Positions 15,952 through 20,000 of a stretch of 20,000 nt of DNA are shown in pieces. The stretch lies in IMG/VR virus record IMGVR_UViG_3300045930_000291. One strand, given 5' to 3'. Below the pieces are notes generated by a model that saw only the letters and a list, made by a program, of their open reading frames with translations, was not told where the DNA came from and did not search any database. Each line of letters starts with the position of its first letter. Position 1 is the first letter of the stretch. This DNA is from an uncultured virus (IMG/VR IMGVR_UViG_3300045930_000291). Taxonomy: Duplodnaviria; Heunggongvirae; Uroviricota; Caudoviricetes. Position numbers and translations under genes: made by a program.

Positions 15952-16361
15952 GCGACTACCTTGCCCCACCGAAGCCTCTGGCGATGGCCACGCTGGACAC
16001 CAACAGCGGCCCCGTCACGCTGCCGTGCGAACCGGTCAACGAGTGGCTGGCCATCGTCCCCCACGTCTTCATGGACGAGGACGGCAAGACGTGGCTCGGC
16101 GGTGACTTCACCGTCGTTCACCTTCCCTCGCAACTTGAAATCGTCGAGGGGGCCGGCTGCATCCACTGCTGCCGGCGGGCGGGCCGCTTGCTCGCCGACG
16201 CCGCAGTCGACTGGTCGACGCTGACCGCCGACAACTCGCGCGACTGGTCAACAGGTCTGGGCGAGGACACGAAGATGGCCCTCGCCGTCGCCCGGGCGGT
16301 CGAGTGGGGCTGTGACGCCGAGTTGTGCGAGTCCGACGAGGAGGCGGACGACCGTGGCTGA
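15948..16361 (+). CDS. Hypothetical phage protein
   Basis: AGGAG RBS and ATGA overlap; contains CIHCC. Confidence 0.75.
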   Translation: MSDYLAPPKPLAMATLDTNSGPVTLPCEPVNEWLAIVPHVFMDEDGKTWLGGDFTVVHLPSQLEIVEGAGCIHCCRRAGRLLADAAVDWSTLTADNSRDWSTGLGEDTKMALAVARAVEWGCDAELCESDEEADDRG

Positions 16362-16809
16362 CAGGACCTGGCTTGTCGTCGACGGACAACCTGACCGACC
16401 GACACGTCCAACCCAGGTGTTCGACGCAGCGGAGAGCCGAGAGTCCGTGCCCGACCGCCCGACCCCCGAAGCCGTCGACCTTGTCGCCCAGATGCTGCGC
16501 GAGCACGTCGACCAGATCGTCCGGACCAACGACGGCGGACCGACCGTGACCTGTAGCTGCGGCCAGTGGCGTATGGCGTACGACCACCTTGGCATCACCG
16601 AGATCGCGGCCGAGCACCGCCGCCACTGGGCCGCCGCCATCCTCGCCGCCCTCGCCGCCGGCGGGCACCTCGCCGACGTGGGCCTGCGCACCGCCGCCAC
16701 CCGGCTCGTTCAGGTGTCCGGCCTCAACCAGACCGAAGCCACCTACAACACCATCGCCGACATTCGCCGCGCCCTCAACCACCCCAACCCCGAGGCAGAC
16801 ACCCCATGA
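16354..16809 (+). CDS. Hypothetical phage protein with CxC...H-x3-H motif
   Basis: GAGGAGG RBS before GTG 16354; VTCSCG...AEHRRH. Confidence 0.7.
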   Translation: MADRTWLVVDGQPDRPTRPTQVFDAAESRESVPDRPTPEAVDLVAQMLREHVDQIVRTNDGGPTVTCSCGQWRMAYDHLGITEIAAEHRRHWAAAILAALAAGGHLADVGLRTAATRLVQVSGLNQTEATYNTIADIRRALNHPNPEADTP

Positions 16810-17168
16810 ACCCCGACCCCGCCACCCTTCACCAGCAGGCCGTCGACCGGGCCATCGCCGCCGCCACCGCCGACCTCACCATCGACGTCGACACCATGGC
16901 CCGCGCCGCCCTGTACTCCCGCTACCACTTCAGCCGCATCTTCACCGCAAAGACCGGCATGCCGCCGCGCCGGTACCTCAAACAGCTGCGCATGGCCGAA
17001 GCGCAGCGCCTGCTCGCCCAAACGTCCAAGACTGTGGCCGACGTCGCGGTGGCGGTCGGGTACGGGTCGGTGGGCACGTTCGGCTGCGAGTTCAAAGCGT
17101 GGTGCGGCTGGTCACCGATGGCGTACCGGCGGCTCGCCCACATGGGGGAGGCTGCGACAGCATGCTGA
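16806..17168 (+). CDS. Single-domain AraC-family HTH regulator
   Basis: MARAALYSRYHFSRIF...GMPPRRYL..LRMAEAQRLL...VADVAVAVGYGSVGTF...FK...GWSP.AYR; no effector domain. Confidence 0.92.
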   Translation: MNPDPATLHQQAVDRAIAAATADLTIDVDTMARAALYSRYHFSRIFTAKTGMPPRRYLKQLRMAEAQRLLAQTSKTVADVAVAVGYGSVGTFGCEFKAWCGWSPMAYRRLAHMGEAATAC

Positions 17169-17623
17169 CCGTTACCGACCTGCCAAGCCGCATCGCCGCA
17201 CGAATCAACGAAAGCGGCCCCTTACCACCTGACCCGTTCACGCCGATCGAGACTCCATGCTGGCTCTGGACCGGATGGCACAACGACCAGGGATACGGCT
17301 ACCTGTACTGGCAGGGGCGCGACCAACCGGCGCACCGGGTCATCCACGAGCTGCTGACCGGACAACCTCTCGCCGGGTTCGACCGTGACCACCTCTGCCG
17401 GATCGTCAGCTGCGTCCGGCCAGACCACGGTGAACGCGTCCCGCACGCCGAGAACCAGCGCCGGCTCAGTCTTCATCAAGTAGCCTGCCGCCGCGCAGGT
17501 CACGACTGGACCAACCCCAACAACGTCCGCGTACGGCCCAACGGCAGACGGTACTGCGCTGAGTGCGACCGGATCAGCCTGCGCGCTCGGTACGCCGCCC
17601 GCACCGGGAGGGCCGCAGCGTGA
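17162..17623 (+). CDS. HNH endonuclease family protein
   Basis: CWLWTG...GYG...AHRVIHE...DHLCRIVSCVRPDH...ENQRR, plus a C-terminal C..GH...RYCAEC Zn motif. Confidence 0.9.
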   Translation: MLTVTDLPSRIAARINESGPLPPDPFTPIETPCWLWTGWHNDQGYGYLYWQGRDQPAHRVIHELLTGQPLAGFDRDHLCRIVSCVRPDHGERVPHAENQRRLSLHQVACRRAGHDWTNPNNVRVRPNGRRYCAECDRISLRARYAARTGRAAA

Positions 17624-19170
17624 CATTGACCCTTTGCGATCTGTTTTGTGGGGCGGGCGGCAGCTCCTCAGGCGCCGAGCTCGTGCCCGGCGTCCGCGTC
17701 CGCATGGCCGCCAACCACTGGCGCCTCGCCGTCGACACCCACGCCGGCATGTTCCCCCACGCCGACCACGACACCGCCGACATCTCCCAGGCCGAACCCC
17801 GCCGCTATCCGGCCACCGACATCCTGTGGGCGTCGCCGGAGTGCACCAACCATTCCCAGGCCAAAGGCCGCCGCCGCGCCGACGCCCAACCCGACCTGTT
17901 CGGCGACACCCTCCCCGACGACGCCGTCGTTCGCTCCCGGGCCACCATGTTCGACGTCCTGCGCTTTGCCGAGGTGCACCGGTACCGGGCCATCGTCGTC
18001 GAGAACGTCGTCGACGTCCGCGACTGGATCCTCTGGCCCGCCTGGATCACCGGCCTCGACGCGCTCGGTTACGACCATCAGGTCGTCTACCTCAACTCGA
18101 TGTTCGCCCAGCAGGCCGGCCCACCCGCCCCCCAGTCCCGGGACCGGCTGTACGTCGTCGCGTGGCGCCGCGGTGACCGGGCGCCGGACCTGACCCGCTG
18201 GACCCGCCCGGCCGCGTGGTGCCCCGCCTGCGACCGCACCGTGACACCGATCCAGGCGTGGAAGCGGGTTGACCGGCAACGCGGCCGCTATGGCCAGCAG
18301 TACCTGTACCGATGCCCGGCCGTGGCCTGCCGTGGCCAGCAGGTCTACCCCGGCGTACTCCCGGCCGCCGTCGCGATCGATTGGACCCTCGCCGGCGAGC
18401 GCATCGGCGACCGGGCCCGGCCGCTTGCCCCGAAGACGGTCGCCCGGATCGAGGCCGGACTGCACCGGTACGCCCGGCCGATCCACCTCGAGGCGGCCGG
18501 GAACACGTTCGAACGCCGCCCCGGGGTGCGGGCGTGGCCGGTGGACGAGCCGCTCAAGACCATGCACACCACGGCGTCCAAGGCGCTGGCAGTGCCGGCT
18601 GGGGGCACCTGGAACGACGAAGCCCGCACAATCATGGAGCCGTTCCGCACCCGCACCACCCGCGACACCGAGGCCCTCGTGGTGCCACTGCGCAACAACG
18701 GCGTGGCCCGGCCGGCCGGAGAGGCGCCCGCCCCGACGGTGGCCGCGGCCGGCAACCACCACGCCCTCGTCATGCGCAACAACGACGGCGGGGCCGAGAT
18801 GTCCACCCCGGTCACCGAGCCACTGCGGACGCTGACCGCGGCCGGCCATCAGTCGCTCATCCGCTGGGACCACCTGCTCGTCCCGTACTACAACACCGGC
18901 GTAGCCCGGCCCGTGAACGAGCCGGCCGGCACCGTCACCACCAAAGACCGCACCGCCCTCGTCAGCGCGAGCGTCGCCGTTGACGACTGCACGTTCCGAA
19001 TGCTTGAACCACACGAGATCCAGGCCGCCATGGCCTTCGGACCGTCCTATGTGGTCCTCGGCAACAAACGCGAGCGCGTTAGACAGCTTGGTAATGCAGT
19101 TACCCCACCCGCCGCCCGTGACCTCATCGCCGCGGTCGTTGAGGCGATCACTGGCGAGGTGATCGGCTGA
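17620..19170 (+). CDS. Orphan DNA (cytosine-5)-methyltransferase
   Basis: Motif I DLFCGAGG, IV ASPEC, VI ENV, VIII QSRDR, IX-X RMLEPHE...GNAVTP; GTG 17620 overlaps the HNH stop. Confidence 0.95.
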   Translation: MTLTLCDLFCGAGGSSSGAELVPGVRVRMAANHWRLAVDTHAGMFPHADHDTADISQAEPRRYPATDILWASPECTNHSQAKGRRRADAQPDLFGDTLPDDAVVRSRATMFDVLRFAEVHRYRAIVVENVVDVRDWILWPAWITGLDALGYDHQVVYLNSMFAQQAGPPAPQSRDRLYVVAWRRGDRAPDLTRWTRPAAWCPACDRTVTPIQAWKRVDRQRGRYGQQYLYRCPAVACRGQQVYPGVLPAAVAIDWTLAGERIGDRARPLAPKTVARIEAGLHRYARPIHLEAAGNTFERRPGVRAWPVDEPLKTMHTTASKALAVPAGGTWNDEARTIMEPFRTRTTRDTEALVVPLRNNGVARPAGEAPAPTVAAAGNHHALVMRNNDGGAEMSTPVTEPLRTLTAAGHQSLIRWDHLLVPYYNTGVARPVNEPAGTVTTKDRTALVSASVAVDDCTFRMLEPHEIQAAMAFGPSYVVLGNKRERVRQLGNAVTPPAARDLIAAVVEAITGEVIG

Positions 19171-19619
19171 TGCCCCGTCGCACCCCACCACCACCTCCGC
19201 CGCCCGCAGTGAACGAGGCGCTACGCGCCCACGTCACCTCCGCCAAGTTCGTGCTCACGTTGGGCGCCACGCACATCGCCGCGTTGGTCTGGGTCGAGCG
19301 GCAACTACGCAACAACAAGTCAACCGACGAGAAACTGCACGACGGCACCCTCGCACCCCACGACCCGCCGCTCGGCCACCCGCTACGGCGCGCCTTCCGC
19401 CACTCCGGCATGGGCGGACTCATCACCCGCGGCCTCGTCCTGCACCACCTCCCAGCCGAATACGCCCAGCCGGGCGTGTGGGGCGGCCACCTCAAACCGG
19501 CCGAGATCTGGACCATCACCAAAGCGGGCCGGGCCGTCATCGACCTGCTGGTTGAGAGCGGGGTCTGGGCGGAGTATGCCGACGCGATGCCCGCTGAAGT
19601 CGAGCGGGAGGTGGCGTAG
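19170..19619 (+). CDS. Hypothetical protein (possible winged helix)
   Basis: TGATG overlap; LITRGLV...WTITKAGRAV resembles a wHTH wing. Confidence 0.7.
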   Translation: MPRRTPPPPPPPAVNEALRAHVTSAKFVLTLGATHIAALVWVERQLRNNKSTDEKLHDGTLAPHDPPLGHPLRRAFRHSGMGGLITRGLVLHHLPAEYAQPGVWGGHLKPAEIWTITKAGRAVIDLLVESGVWAEYADAMPAEVEREVA

Positions 19620-20000
19620 ATGGCCCGACGCGTACTGTCTGTCGTCGAGCGGGTCGCCATGGAACTGCGCCAGATCGAAGCCGAAGACGCGGCCGAGGCT
19701 GCCGGCAGCCGATACCCGTACACCGCAGCCGAAACGTGGGACCGCGCGTCCGAGGTGCTGCGCTCCGGCTACCGGGAGGTTGCCCGCCGGATCGTTCGCG
19801 TCGTCCGCAACCAGCCGGTCGAGCAGGTCCAGCAGTTGGCCCAGCCGGAACCCCCGCAGCAGCTGGCCGCCGTTCCGCCCGTGGACGAGGATGGCGCTCC
19901 GCTGCGCATGTGCACCGTCTGCGGCACCCGCGGCGCATGGGGGCCGGGCTGGTGCTGGTACGGGTCGTGGCGTGACGTCGATGAGGGCCGCCCGTACACC
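19620..20000 (+). CDS. Hypothetical protein, 3'-truncated by window, with CxxC motif
   Basis: GGGAGG RBS and ATG 19620; open to the window end: MARRVLSVVERVAMELRQ...RMCTVCGTRGAWGPGWCWYG. Confidence 0.7.
   Translation, partial: MARRVLSVVERVAMELRQIEAEDAAEAAGSRYPYTAAETWDRASEVLRSGYREVARRIVRVVRNQPVEQVQQLAQPEPPQQLAAVPPVDEDGAPLRMCTVCGTRGAWGPGWCWYGSWRDVDEGRPYT

Larger units (their letters stand above)
1..20000. mobile_element. Temperate actinophage or phage-like element: attP, integration/immunity module and early region
   Basis: Contains a tRNA-derived att core, a tyrosine integrase, a divergent repressor/cro-xis pair and a co-oriented run of short overlapping genes with typical phage replication, recombination and methylase functions. 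No host housekeeping genes are visible. Virion genes lie outside the window. Confidence 0.93.

Noticed and set aside
17162..19170. HNH plus methyltransferase as a type II restriction-modification system
   Set aside because: The HNH has the CWLWTG/AHR/DHLC pattern of free-standing phage HNH proteins, and orphan methylases are common in early regions. Linkage is unsupported.

Overview
High-GC actinobacterial temperate phage or phage-like element, probably from a Micromonosporaceae host. The host inference rests on the integrase resembling my recollection of the Micromonospora phage pMLP1 integrase, which targets tRNA-His. The window covers, in order: two accessory genes; an apparently intact attP (26-bp 3' tRNA-His-like core, terminator hairpin, arm-type repeats on both sides); a leftward tyrosine integrase and XRE repressor; a divergent genetic switch with operator-like repeats and apparently leaderless promoters; and a long, translationally coupled rightward early operon. 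That operon encodes Cro, Xis, a five-hairpin segment, a BldD-like regulator, a PD-(D/E)XK exonuclease, a Gp3-like protein, a DnaQ-like exonuclease, ASCH, MerR-like and WhiB proteins, a Holliday junction resolvase, a J-domain protein, AraC, HNH, a C5-cytosine methyltransferase and many hypotheticals. The most notable signal is a phage protein whose N-terminus closely matches the DNA-binding domain of the actinomycete developmental master repressor BldD but lacks its c-di-GMP-binding domain. It shares the operon with a WhiB homologue carrying a rare TTA codon, which suggests a host-development manipulation module. All family calls come from motif recognition by eye; no database search was run.
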